From the NCBI GenBank assembly GCA_049323795.1, contig JBMOOH010000005.1, forward strand, positions 2,261 through 66,260: a stretch of 64,000 nt of DNA, given 5' to 3'. Each line of letters opens with the position of its first letter. Within the stretch, counting starts at the first letter, position 1. Origin of the DNA: Pseudomonadota bacterium. Its GTDB lineage: Bacteria; Pseudomonadota; Alphaproteobacteria; Rhodobacterales; Rhodobacteraceae. The notes beneath the pieces were generated by a model. That model was not told the origin of the DNA, searched no databases, and saw only the letters and a list, made by a program, of their open reading frames with translations. Shown here piece after piece: positions 40,192 through 49,402 of this stretch. The position numbers and the translations under genes are program-made.

Positions 40192-41270
40192 GACACCACC
40201 CTCAGCACCGGACCGGCGGCCTGCCGGCGCGTGTGCGTCAGGTAGGGGTCGCCCGCAACGGCCGGAAGGGCCCTGATGGTCCGGAACACCCCGCCTTCGA
40301 CCTGGGCGATGATGACCGGAAGGGCGGTGTGGTGCGTCACGCTGTCGATCGCCGACCGGCCGGCAGCCTGCAGAAGCGCGCCGAGGCTCATGTCCTCGGC
40401 GCCCCTGCGCCCGTGCAGGAGGCGGGAAAGCTCCATCACCGCCGCATGGGCAGCGGCCTCGGGCGACGACCGGAATTCGTCTGCGCCCGGGGCGCGGAAA
40501 TAGGGGCCGGCGGCCACCAGCCCTTCGGCCGCCGCGCCGATGGCGGGCAGTTCGGCCTCGGTCAGGTTGCAGGACAGGATCGGGCAGCGGCCCTCCGCGA
40601 AGGCCGGTTCCCCGATCCTGAGCCGGTGCATGGCCGACAGGAACTCGTAGGTCGAGGTACCGACGAGGTTGTTCAGGATGAAGTCCGGCCGGGAATGGCG
40701 GATCTCCTCGACCATGCGCCCGACCTCGCGCGAGCCGAGGGGCAGGTAGCGCTCGCCGACGATCTCGCCGCCCGCGGTGCCGATCCGCTCGCGCGCGAGC
40801 CGGTTCATCTCCCAGCCCCAGATGTAGTTCGATCCGGTCAGGTAGGCCCGCGCCCCGTAGGCCGGCAGCGCCCAGTCGAGAAGCGGCAGAAGGTGCTGGT
40901 TCGGGCAGGCATGGGTATAGACGACATGGTCCGACGCCTCGAAGCCCTCGTAGGGCAGCGCATACCAGAGGGTGCCGCCGAATTTCTCCAGAACCGGGAT
41001 GACTTCCTTCCGGCTCCACGACGTGACGCAGCCGATGATGTGGCGCGCGCCGGTGTTGCGGAGAAGATCCTCGCAGAGCGGCGCGTAGCGGTCCACATCC
41101 CCGCCCGGATCACGTTCGACGGGCAGCAGCGCGAGGTCGAGCTCCGGATCCGCATTGACCCGGGCGATGGCCGCAAGGGCCCCGGACCTACACGCCTCGG
41201 AGAACAGCGCATAGCCGCCCGAGCGGGAATAGAGCAGACCCAGTCCGATCTTGCGCTTGTCCTTGCCCAC
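40188..41270 (-). CDS. amiC: AmiC-like amide-sensing negative regulator (periplasmic-binding-protein fold)
   Basis: IGLGLLYSRSGGYA...DPGGDVDRYAPLCEDLLRN...IIGCVTSWSRKEVIPVLE...YEGFE...GSNYIWGWE aligns by eye with Pseudomonas aeruginosa AmiC. GTG at 41270 gives an AmiC-like N-terminus. The track ORF extends to a TTG at 41390. Confidence 0.8.
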   Translation of the reverse strand: MGKDKRKIGLGLLYSRSGGYALFSEACRSGALAAIARVNADPELDLALLPVERDPGGDVDRYAPLCEDLLRNTGARHIIGCVTSWSRKEVIPVLEKFGGTLWYALPYEGFEASDHVVYTHACPNQHLLPLLDWALPAYGARAYLTGSNYIWGWEMNRLARERIGTAGGEIVGERYLPLGSREVGRMVEEIRHSRPDFILNNLVGTSTYEFLSAMHRLRIGEPAFAEGRCPILSCNLTEAELPAIGAAAEGLVAAGPYFRAPGADEFRSSPEAAAHAAVMELSRLLHGRRGAEDMSLGALLQAAGRSAIDSVTHHTALPVIIAQVEGGVFRTIRALPAVAGDPYLTHTRRQAAGPVLRVVS

Positions 41271-41513
41271 GCCACCCGCCCGAACGACAAGAGCCCTGCG
41301 GCCGACCTCGTGGTCGGCGACAGGGCCCGGTTGCCATGCGGCTCTTCGCCAGATTTGCCCGGATGGTATCCCTCCCGTGGATTGGGTCAAGTGCGCACTG
41401 CGCGCCCTCCCCCCGTCCGCCCGTGCTCCGAGGCCGGAAACCTGCCCGGTTCGGCGGCAGGGCGAGGAAGCCGGGGGGGGGCGCGGGCTCCGGAATCCGG
41501 TCCCGGCAGGCCC

Positions 41514-42443
41514 TCAGCGGGCGCGCTGGCGCGGATCGAGCGCGTCGCGCAGGCCGTCACCGATATAGTTGACCGCAAGGACCGTGAGCGAGATCGCCAG
41601 GCCCGGGAACAGCACGCGGTTGGGGTCCATCTGCATGTATTCCACCCCCTCGAAGAGAAGCCTGCCCCAGGTCGGGAAGTCCGGCGGGAAGCCGAGGCCG
41701 AGGAACGAGAGCGCGCTTTCGGTGATGATCGCCGCGGCAAAGCCGAGCGTCGCCGCCACCATCACCGGCGACAGCACGTTGGGCAGGATATGGGTGGTGA
41801 TGATGCGCCAGGGCGGCGTGCCGATCGACCGCGCCGCGAGCACGAATTCGCGCTCCTTCAGCGCCAGCACCTCGCCCCGCACGACGCGCGCCGCCTGCAT
41901 CCACGAGGTGAGGCCGATGGCGCCGACGATCAAGAGGAAGGTGCCGATCTCGACGCCGAACATCCCGGCCAGCGCGTCGCGGAAGAGCATCACCATCACC
42001 AGGAGCAGGGGCAAGAGCGGCAGCGCCAGGAAGAGGTCGGTCAGGCGCATCAGCGGCCCGTCCAGCCAGCGCACGAAGCCCGCGAGCACCCCCACGGCCG
42101 TCCCGACCACGATCGCGATCGCCATCGCGACCAGCCCGACCGCGAGCGACACCTTGCCCCCTGCCAGCATCCGCGCCAGCGTGTCGCGCCCGAGCTGGTC
42201 GGTGCCCATCGGATGGGCGAGGCTCAGCGGCAGGTTGCGCGTGCGCATCATGTCCACGGCCTTGGGCTCGATGAAGGCCGGATCGATCCGCCAGATCAGC
42301 GGCCCGACCAGCACCGCGAGGACCAGCGCGATCAGGACGCCCGCGCCGATCATCGCGCCGGTGTGGTTGCGGAACTGGCGCCAGATCCCGGCCCAGGGGC
42401 TGCGTGCACGGTCCGAGAAGGCGCCCGAGGCGGTCTCAGTCAT
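41514..42443 (-). CDS. ABC transporter permease (DppC/OppC-like)
   Basis: 309 aa, multi-TM, with an EAA-type loop (EFVLAARSIGTP). Confidence 0.85.
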   Translation of the reverse strand: MTETASGAFSDRARSPWAGIWRQFRNHTGAMIGAGVLIALVLAVLVGPLIWRIDPAFIEPKAVDMMRTRNLPLSLAHPMGTDQLGRDTLARMLAGGKVSLAVGLVAMAIAIVVGTAVGVLAGFVRWLDGPLMRLTDLFLALPLLPLLLVMVMLFRDALAGMFGVEIGTFLLIVGAIGLTSWMQAARVVRGEVLALKEREFVLAARSIGTPPWRIITTHILPNVLSPVMVAATLGFAAAIITESALSFLGLGFPPDFPTWGRLLFEGVEYMQMDPNRVLFPGLAISLTVLAVNYIGDGLRDALDPRQRAR

Positions 42444-43443
42444 AGCGGATCCTCGGGTCCATGATGCCGTAGAGCAGGTCGGCCACCAGGTTGAAGAAGA
42501 CGATCAGCACCGCGAAGATGAAGGTCAGCGTCTGCACCATCGGCAGGTCGCTGGCCACGATGGCGTTGATCAGCGCGCCGCCGATGCCGTTGATCTTGAA
42601 CACCTGTTCCACGATGATCGAGCCGCCGAAGATCGACGGCATCCCGAGCGCGAGCACCGTGATCACCGGGATCATCGCATTGCGCAGCGCGTGCTTCAGC
42701 ACCACCTTGTGCTCGAGCGCCCCCTTGGCGCGCGCGGTGCGCACGTAGTCCTGCCCGAGCGTGTCGAGCATGGACGAGCGGGTGTAGCGGCTGATCTCGG
42801 CGGCATGGAAGAGCGCGATCACCGTGACCGGCAGCGCCATCTGCCAGATCTGCCGCGACAGGCTGGCGAAATCCGTCACCTTCAGCGAGGCGTCGTAATA
42901 GGACGGGAACCAGCCGAGGTTGACGGCGAAGATCACGATCAGAAGGACGCCGGTGAAGAAGGTCGGCACCGAATAGCCGATCATCGCGACGAAGGTGCCA
43001 AGCTGGTCGAACCAGGAATACTGGCGATAGGCGGAATAGATGCCGATCGGCAGGGCGATGGCGGCGGCGATCAGATAGGCGGTCCCGACGACCGTCATGG
43101 TGCGCGCCAGCCGGTCGCCGATCACGTCGAACACCGGGGCGCGGCTCTGCCAGGACAGGATGCGCTGCTGGTCCCCGCCGAGCGACGTGCCGACCCAGCC
43201 GTCGATCAGATAGGCGGGCTCGACGATGAAGAACTGCTTCAGCCACAGGAGATAGCGGACGAAGACCGGCTGGTCGGCGCCGAGCGCGGCGATCATCCTG
43301 GCACGCGTCTCGGGCGGGATCGAGCGCGGGATCTCCGACATCGGCGAGCCGGGCGCCAGATCGACCATCAGGAAGATCACGAGGCTGATGAGCAAGAGCG
43401 TCGGAATCGCCAGAAGCAGCCTGCGGAGGGCGTAGGTGAGCAT
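42436..43443 (-). CDS. ABC transporter permease (DppB/OppB-like)
   Basis: MLTYALRRLLLAIPTLLLISLVIFLMV... and YVRTARAKGA. Overlaps the next permease by 8 nt. Confidence 0.85.
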   Translation of the reverse strand: MLTYALRRLLLAIPTLLLISLVIFLMVDLAPGSPMSEIPRSIPPETRARMIAALGADQPVFVRYLLWLKQFFIVEPAYLIDGWVGTSLGGDQQRILSWQSRAPVFDVIGDRLARTMTVVGTAYLIAAAIALPIGIYSAYRQYSWFDQLGTFVAMIGYSVPTFFTGVLLIVIFAVNLGWFPSYYDASLKVTDFASLSRQIWQMALPVTVIALFHAAEISRYTRSSMLDTLGQDYVRTARAKGALEHKVVLKHALRNAMIPVITVLALGMPSIFGGSIIVEQVFKINGIGGALINAIVASDLPMVQTLTFIFAVLIVFFNLVADLLYGIMDPRIRYD

Positions 43444-43522
43444 GAAGGTCGGACTTTCCGGGACGGGACGCCAGGACGGAGGACGGGCGGGGCGTCGATG
43501 CCCCGCCCGCTTAGGCTGCAGC

Positions 43523-45229
43523 TTACTTCACCCGATACCAGTCGGCGACGTTCCACATCTCGCTGTCCCAGGCGTTGACCTTGACGCCGCCGAGCGTGTT
43601 CGACATCGCCGAGAGGTTGCCGCGCAGGATGAGCGGCAGCGTCACCATGCCGTCCTTGGTGATCATGTCGTTCATCTGCTTGGCAAGGGCGGCGCGTTCG
43701 TTCATGTCGAAGGTCTGGGCCAGCTTGACCGACAGCGCGTCGTATTCGGGGTTGGCATAGCGGTTGTAGTTGGTGCCGATCCACTGGGTTTCCGGCCGCG
43801 GCGCCTTGTCGGTGGTCAGCGCGGCGAGATAGGCCTCGGGGTCGGTGCCGTCGTAGTTGTTGGCATGCATCTCGACATCGGCATAGAATTTCTCGGCCGT
43901 GTCGGGCGAGGCCGGATCGCCGCCGAAGAAGACGCCCGGGTCGATCACCTTGAGTTCGGTCTCGACGCCGATTTCGGCCCACCAGCCCTTGATCAGGGCC
44001 TGGAAGTCCTGCCGCACCGGGTTGTTGGTGGTCTGGAACAGAAGCTTCAGCGGCATGCCGTCCTTTTCGCGGACGCCGTCGCCGTCAGTGTCCTTCCAGC
44101 CGGCCTCGTCGAGCAGCTTCTTGGCGCCCTCGATGTCCTGGGTCAGGCAGCCGGTGTTGTCCGAGGCATAGAAGGCCGGCGCCGGCACGATGTTGCAGTT
44201 GGGCGACCCGCCGGCCCCGTAGCCGATGTCGTTCAGCGCCGTGCGGTCCAGCGCCATCGACAGCGCCCGGCGCACGCGCACGTCCGACAGGCGCGGGTTG
44301 GGATACTTGGCGGTGGACCGCTCGCCCTCGGGCAGGTCGGGCGAGGGATCGGTCAGGTTCAGCTCCAGCCGCTCGATGTTGGTGCCGAAGCCCATGATGA
44401 ACTTGCCCTTGCCGGCGGCCAGCATCTGCGCCTGCAGTTGGGGGTTGATCTGCGCATTCCAGGCATAGTCGAACTCGCCGGTTTCCATCACGCCGCGGGC
44501 CGAGGCGATGGAATCGCCGCCGCCCTTGATGATCGCGGTGGCGAATTCGGGCTTGGCCGGATCGCGGTAGTTCGGGTTGGCCTCGTACTGGACGAGATCG
44601 TTCACGGTGAAGCCGGTGACACGGAACGGCCCGGTGCCGATCGGGCCGAAGTTCTGCGCGGTGCAGGCCTGCGCCGCCGCACCCATGCAGTTCTCGAACT
44701 GCGCCTTCTGCAGGATCGGCGTCTGCGATCCGACGAAGGCGTTGAACGGGTTCGCCTTCGGCGCCTTGAAGGTGATCCTGACGGTCAGGTCATCGACCGC
44801 CTCGATCTTGTCGATCCCGTCGAACTTGAAGGCCTGGGCGCAGCCGCTGTCGGTTTCGGTGCAGTAGGCGCCGGTGAAGACCACGTCGGCGGCCGTCAGC
44901 GGCGTGCCGTCCGACCACTTGACACCGGGGATGAGCTTCCAGGTGATCGACTTGTAGTCGGCCGAGATGCCGCCGTTCTCGAGGCTCGGGACCTCGGTCA
45001 CGAGGCGCGGGTACACCGCGCCGTTCTCGTCGAAGCCGGCCAGCGGCTCCAGCACCATGCTCGACGCATAGACATCCTTGGTGCCGCTCGACAGGTAGGG
45101 GTTCAGCGTCGAGGTCGCCTGCGGGAAGGTGATCCGCAGTTCCCCGTCGGTGCCCCGCCCGCCGGCAAATGCCGGCAGACCGAGCAGGGCCATGGCCGTC
45201 CCCGTCAGCAGGATCGAAGTCTTTCTCAT
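43523..45229 (-). CDS. ABC transporter substrate-binding protein, family 5
   Basis: Signal peptide MRKTSILLTGTAMALLGLPAFA. ATG at 45229 with a GGAG SD. SBP_bac_5 sequence character. Confidence 0.85.
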   Translation of the reverse strand: MRKTSILLTGTAMALLGLPAFAGGRGTDGELRITFPQATSTLNPYLSSGTKDVYASSMVLEPLAGFDENGAVYPRLVTEVPSLENGGISADYKSITWKLIPGVKWSDGTPLTAADVVFTGAYCTETDSGCAQAFKFDGIDKIEAVDDLTVRITFKAPKANPFNAFVGSQTPILQKAQFENCMGAAAQACTAQNFGPIGTGPFRVTGFTVNDLVQYEANPNYRDPAKPEFATAIIKGGGDSIASARGVMETGEFDYAWNAQINPQLQAQMLAAGKGKFIMGFGTNIERLELNLTDPSPDLPEGERSTAKYPNPRLSDVRVRRALSMALDRTALNDIGYGAGGSPNCNIVPAPAFYASDNTGCLTQDIEGAKKLLDEAGWKDTDGDGVREKDGMPLKLLFQTTNNPVRQDFQALIKGWWAEIGVETELKVIDPGVFFGGDPASPDTAEKFYADVEMHANNYDGTDPEAYLAALTTDKAPRPETQWIGTNYNRYANPEYDALSVKLAQTFDMNERAALAKQMNDMITKDGMVTLPLILRGNLSAMSNTLGGVKVNAWDSEMWNVADWYRVK

Positions 45230-45276
45230 CGTCAGTCTCCTTGTTGGATCCGTCGTCTCTTCTGGTTCGCGCCGGT

Positions 45277-46299
45277 TCATCCGGCGGCGGGTTTGTTGTC
45301 GGAATAGAGGTGGCAGGCGACCAGCCGGCCGGGTTCGACCTCGCGCAGGCCGGGGTTCTCGGTCCGGCAGCGGTCAAGGACCTTCGGACAGCGGGTGTGG
45401 AAGTTGCAGCCCGGCGGCATCCGCGCCGGCGACGGCACGTCGCCCTTCAGGATGATCCGCCCGCGCGTCCCGGCCCCGCCGCGGCTTCCGGCCCGGTCGA
45501 GCCGGGGCACCGCCGACAGGAGCGCCTCGGCGTAGGGATGGAGCGGCCGGGCATAGAGCGCATCGCGGGGGCTGAGCTCGGCTATCCGGCCGAGATACAT
45601 CACCGCCACCCGGTCGGCGATATGGCGCACCATCGACAGGTCATGGCTGATGAAGAGGTAAGTCAGGCCGAAGTCGCGCTGCAGCTTTTCCAGCAGGTTG
45701 ACCACCTGGGCCTGGATCGACACGTCGAGTGCGGCGATCGGTTCGTCGCAGACGACGAACTTCGGGTTCAGCGCCAGGGCGCGGGCGATGCCGACCCGCT
45801 GGCGCTGCCCGCCCGAGAATTCGTGCGGGAAGCGGTTGACGAAGCGCCGGTCGAGCCCGACCGCATCCATCAGCTCGCGCACCCGCGCCACCTTGCGCTC
45901 GGCCGGCCAGTCGGTGTGCACGTTCAGGGGTTCGGAAATGATGGCGGACAGGGTCATCCGGGGATTGAGGCTGGCCTGGGGGTCCTGGAACACCATCTGC
46001 ATGGTCGGGCGCTTGCGGCGCAGCGCCGCCGGACCAAGCGAGAGCACGTCCTCTCCGCCGATCGCGACGCGCCCGGCGGTCGGCTCGCAGAGCCGCAGGA
46101 TCGACCGCCCGACAGTGGACTTGCCGCAGCCCGACTCCCCCACGAGACCCAGCGTCTCGCCCTCGGCAATGCTGAAGCTGACCCCGTCGACCGCCCGGAC
46201 GGACCCGACCTGCCGGCGCAGCAGGCCGGCCAGTACCGGGAAATGGGTCTTGAGCCCCTCGACCTCGACGAGCTTGCGGACAGCCTGACCCTCAGCCAT
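45277..46299 (-). CDS. ABC transporter ATP-binding protein (DppF/OppF-like)
   Basis: GESGCGKST...[18 protein letters not shown] at 46299 overlaps the upstream gene by 8 nt. Confidence 0.9.
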   Translation of the reverse strand: MAEGQAVRKLVEVEGLKTHFPVLAGLLRRQVGSVRAVDGVSFSIAEGETLGLVGESGCGKSTVGRSILRLCEPTAGRVAIGGEDVLSLGPAALRRKRPTMQMVFQDPQASLNPRMTLSAIISEPLNVHTDWPAERKVARVRELMDAVGLDRRFVNRFPHEFSGGQRQRVGIARALALNPKFVVCDEPIAALDVSIQAQVVNLLEKLQRDFGLTYLFISHDLSMVRHIADRVAVMYLGRIAELSPRDALYARPLHPYAEALLSAVPRLDRAGSRGGAGTRGRIILKGDVPSPARMPPGCNFHTRCPKVLDRCRTENPGLREVEPGRLVACHLYSDNKPAAG

Positions 46300-47326
46300 G
46301 CGGAACCCCGTGCGGAAGCGAGGCCGCGACACGATGGCAGGCGACGATATGGCCCGGCGCGGCGAGTGCCCCGGCCGAGGAAACCGCACAGCAGGTCGGG
46401 TTGGCGCAGGCGCAGAGGTCGTGCGCCTCGGCGCAGCGGTGGCGGAACGAGCAGGCCGCGGGCGCCTCGGTCAGGATCGGCGGCTGGCCCTCGATCGTGT
46501 AGAGCTGTTCCGGACGGGGACCGTCGAGCGAGGGAACGGTGCGCAGGAGCGCCCGCGTATAGGGATGGCGCGGGGCATCGAAGAGCTCGGATGCCGGCGC
46601 CTCCTCGACCACCTGACCGCCATACATCACCATCACCCGGTCGGCGATTTCCGCAATGACGCCAAGATCATGCGAGATCCAGACGATCGCCATGCCCAGC
46701 TTGCGGCGCAACTCGCCGATCAGCTCCAGGATCTGCGCCTGCACCGTCACGTCCAGCGCCGTTGTCGGCTCGTCAGCAATCAGGAGGTCCGGCTCGCAGG
46801 CCAGCGCGATGGCGATCATCACCCGCTGCCGCATGCCGCCCGAGAACTGGTGCGGATAGGCGCCGAGCCGGCTTTTCGGGTCGGGGATCCCAACCATTTC
46901 CAGAAGCTCGACCGCACGCGCCGCCGCCGCCGCGCGTGTCATGCCCCGGTGGCGGATCAACGGCTCGGAAAGCTGGTCGCCGATGGTCAGGACGGGGTTG
47001 AGGCTGGTCATCGGGTCCTGGAACACGAAGCCGACCCGCGCGCCCCGCACATCCGCCAGTTCGCGCGGTGTGAGCTTCAGCAGATCCTGCCCGTCGAGGA
47101 GAACCTCGCCGCCGCGTATTTCGGCCGACGACGCCGGCAGCAGGCCCAGCATCGAGAGCATCGTCACCGACTTGCCCGACCCGCTTTCGCCCACCACCCC
47201 CAGAAGCTCGCCGCGCATCACGCGGAAGCTCACGTCGTTGACGGCGTGAACCTCCGCGTTTCCAACCTTGAACACGGCCTTCAACCGGCGCACGTCAAGG
47301 ACCGGTCGTGCCGTGCCTGCCGTCAT
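46292..47326 (-). CDS. ABC transporter ATP-binding protein (DppD/OppD-like)
   Basis: GESGSGKS...[18 protein letters not shown] at 47326 overlaps the stop of the small Cys/His-rich ORF (ATGA). Confidence 0.9.
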   Translation of the reverse strand: MTAGTARPVLDVRRLKAVFKVGNAEVHAVNDVSFRVMRGELLGVVGESGSGKSVTMLSMLGLLPASSAEIRGGEVLLDGQDLLKLTPRELADVRGARVGFVFQDPMTSLNPVLTIGDQLSEPLIRHRGMTRAAAAARAVELLEMVGIPDPKSRLGAYPHQFSGGMRQRVMIAIALACEPDLLIADEPTTALDVTVQAQILELIGELRRKLGMAIVWISHDLGVIAEIADRVMVMYGGQVVEEAPASELFDAPRHPYTRALLRTVPSLDGPRPEQLYTIEGQPPILTEAPAACSFRHRCAEAHDLCACANPTCCAVSSAGALAAPGHIVACHRVAASLPHGVPHG

Positions 47327-47517
47327 GCGTGGGTCGCGGTTCCGGCGTGGCTGTGGTGGTGGCCGCCGGCCGGATCGCAGGCACAGGACTCCTCGGCTGC
47401 CGCCGTCTTCGGGGCATGGTTCGCGCCGGCGTGGGCCTTGTCGTGACCGGCCGCGTCCGCATGCGCGCCATGCCCGGTCCCGGCCTCGGTGGTGGACGGT
47501 TTGCCGCAATTGCACAT
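47323..47517 (-). CDS. small Cys/His-rich protein (64 aa), first gene of the importer operon
   Basis: [64 protein letters not shown]. Strong SD (AAGGAGAAAGACCG-ATG), high GC3, and a stop overlapping the next ATG. In the track it is hidden inside the spurious ORF 47323..48504. Confidence 0.65.
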   Translation of the reverse strand: MCNCGKPSTTEAGTGHGAHADAAGHDKAHAGANHAPKTAAAEESCACDPAGGHHHSHAGTATHA

Positions 47518-47666
47518 CGGTCTTTCTCCTTCGATTGAGGTGCATCCCGTGACTGAAGGATTACAACGCTGGAAGGTCAAGGCTTTTCGCACCTGCCGGT
47601 GCCGCCGGACCGGCATCGTGCCCGGGCCGCGGCGCGGCGACCTGCGGAGGGGCGAAGGACGAGACC

Positions 47667-48455
47667 TCAGTCGGCGCGGTAGAAGAACTGCTCGGTACTC
47701 TTCAGGCTGGTCAGGGTGACGACGACCAGCACCGCGGCCAGCACGTAAAGTCCCGCTGCGGCGGCGACCTCGGGCGGCGGCGGACCCCGCATGCTGGCGA
47801 ACATCGCGATCGGCAGGGTCTGGATGTTGATCGTGATCAGCAGGAGCGAGATCACGAACTCCGAAATGCCGAGGACGAAGACCATCAGCGTGCCCGAGAG
47901 TATCCCCGGCATGATGCCCGGCAGCGTGACGAAGAGGAAGGTCTGCACCTTCTCGGCCCCGAGCGTCGCCGCGGCCTCCTCGAGCCGCGGATCGAGACTG
48001 AAGAGCGAGGAGGCGACCGAAAACATCAGGAAGGGCAGGTTGACGATGGTGATCCCGACCGAGATCGGCCAGAGCGAGCCGAGCGCCCCCATCTGGGTGA
48101 AGAGCGCAAGAAAGGCGAAGGCCGAGGCGATCAGCGGCGTCGCCACGCCAAGGATCATGTAGAGCCCCAGGCCGAAGCGGAAGCGGAACTTGAACCGCAC
48201 CAGCGCGATCGCCGCGGGGACCCCGGCGATCAGCGACAGCGCCACGACCTGGACGCCGACGATCAGGCTGCGCCCCAGGGCCGCCCGGATCTCTGCATTG
48301 CCGACGAGCGCGCGGTACGGGTTGAGCGACAGGCTTTCCGGCGGGAAGGTCAGCCGCTCGCCGCCGCTGACCGAGGCGATGAGCACGATGGCTAGCGGCA
48401 CCGCGACCAAGAGGATGACCAGCGCCAGCGACAGGCGGATCACGGGCCCTCTCAT
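47667..48455 (-). CDS. ABC transporter permease (PotC-like)
   Basis: MRGPVIRLSLALVILLVAVPLAIVLI... ATG at 48455 overlaps the upstream stop (ATGA). Confidence 0.85.
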   Translation of the reverse strand: MRGPVIRLSLALVILLVAVPLAIVLIASVSGGERLTFPPESLSLNPYRALVGNAEIRAALGRSLIVGVQVVALSLIAGVPAAIALVRFKFRFRFGLGLYMILGVATPLIASAFAFLALFTQMGALGSLWPISVGITIVNLPFLMFSVASSLFSLDPRLEEAAATLGAEKVQTFLFVTLPGIMPGILSGTLMVFVLGISEFVISLLLITINIQTLPIAMFASMRGPPPPEVAAAAGLYVLAAVLVVVTLTSLKSTEQFFYRAD

Positions 48456-49402
48456 GCCGGGCCTCTCCGCGCGCGCCTGATCCGAAGCCAGCCAAGGAAT
48501 GCAAGGCCGGGCACCACCACCACCAGCGTCGAGACCACGAGGAGAAGCAGGCTGAAGGCCGAGCCGAGATAGAGGTTCTGCTGCAGGCGGTAGATGTCGC
48601 CGATCACGTTGGCGACGAAAGGCAGCCGCCCGAGGCCGAGGATGGCCGGCATGTCGTATTCGGCGATGTTGAGAAGCAGCACCACGATGATCGCCGCGAC
48701 GATGCCGGGCCAGCACAGCGGGATGATGATGTTGGCCCAGATCCGCGCGGGCGATGCGCCGAGCGTCGCCGCCGCACGCTCGAGATTGGGGTCGATCCGC
48801 CGCATGGCCGGCATGATGAGAAGCGTGGCCAGCGGCGTCGAGACCTGCATCATCCCGATGAACACGCCGAAGGCGGTGCCGAGCAGCCCGCCGTCCTCGA
48901 TCCCGAAGAGCGAGGCCAGCCAGCCGACCGCGCCCTTGTTCGCCAGGATCAGATACCAGGCGAAGGTCCGCACGATCTCGCCCATCAGGAAGGGCACGAG
49001 CAGGAGGACGAGCAGCGCCACGCGGAGCACGCGGCTGGGCGTGCGGATGATGACATAGGCGACCGGCAGGCCCAGAAGCACCGCCCCCGCCGTCACCGTC
49101 AGCGACAGCAGAAGCGTGCGCAGCAGCGTCTGCTGGTAGAACGGTCCCGACGGGGGTTCGAACAGGAGCCGGTACTGCTCGGCCGAGATTGCGCCCGCCC
49201 GCATCAGGAAGGTGTCGTAGGCATGGATGCTGAGCCAGCCGAGCCAGACCAGTCCCGCGGCAAGCAGCGACACGAGGAGGACGGCGGGCAGAAGCAGGAG
49301 ATAGGGCTGAACCGGGACGAGGCGGCCGAGGCGCAGCACGCGGCCCGTCGCGATCAGCCCGTCGATCAGCCGCCAGCGCAATCCGGTGTAGGTTTCAGCC
49401 AT
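48452..49402 (-). CDS. ABC transporter permease (PotB-like)
   Basis: 316 aa, multi-TM, with an EAA-type loop (LERAAATLGASP). Confidence 0.85.
   Translation of the reverse strand: MAETYTGLRWRLIDGLIATGRVLRLGRLVPVQPYLLLLPAVLLVSLLAAGLVWLGWLSIHAYDTFLMRAGAISAEQYRLLFEPPSGPFYQQTLLRTLLLSLTVTAGAVLLGLPVAYVIIRTPSRVLRVALLVLLLVPFLMGEIVRTFAWYLILANKGAVGWLASLFGIEDGGLLGTAFGVFIGMMQVSTPLATLLIMPAMRRIDPNLERAAATLGASPARIWANIIIPLCWPGIVAAIIVVLLLNIAEYDMPAILGLGRLPFVANVIGDIYRLQQNLYLGSAFSLLLLVVSTLVVVVPGLAFLGWLRIRRARRGPA

Noticed and set aside
39500-41520. ANTAR dual-hairpin (two short stems with hexaloops) for AmiR.
   Set aside because: By eye I found only GC hairpins with 3-4-nt loops, not the A/G-marked hexaloop pair. 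It needs a covariance-model search, so I report only the candidate leader.
47550-47581. CTTGACCTTCC on the minus strand upstream of the small Cys/His ORF, identical to the -35/CueR half-site of E. coli PcopA.
   Set aside because: The inverted partner (GGAAGG) is absent. Instead there is a direct repeat (CCTTCCAG...CCTTCAG). With a 17-bp spacer the only -10 candidate (TTCAGT) is poor.
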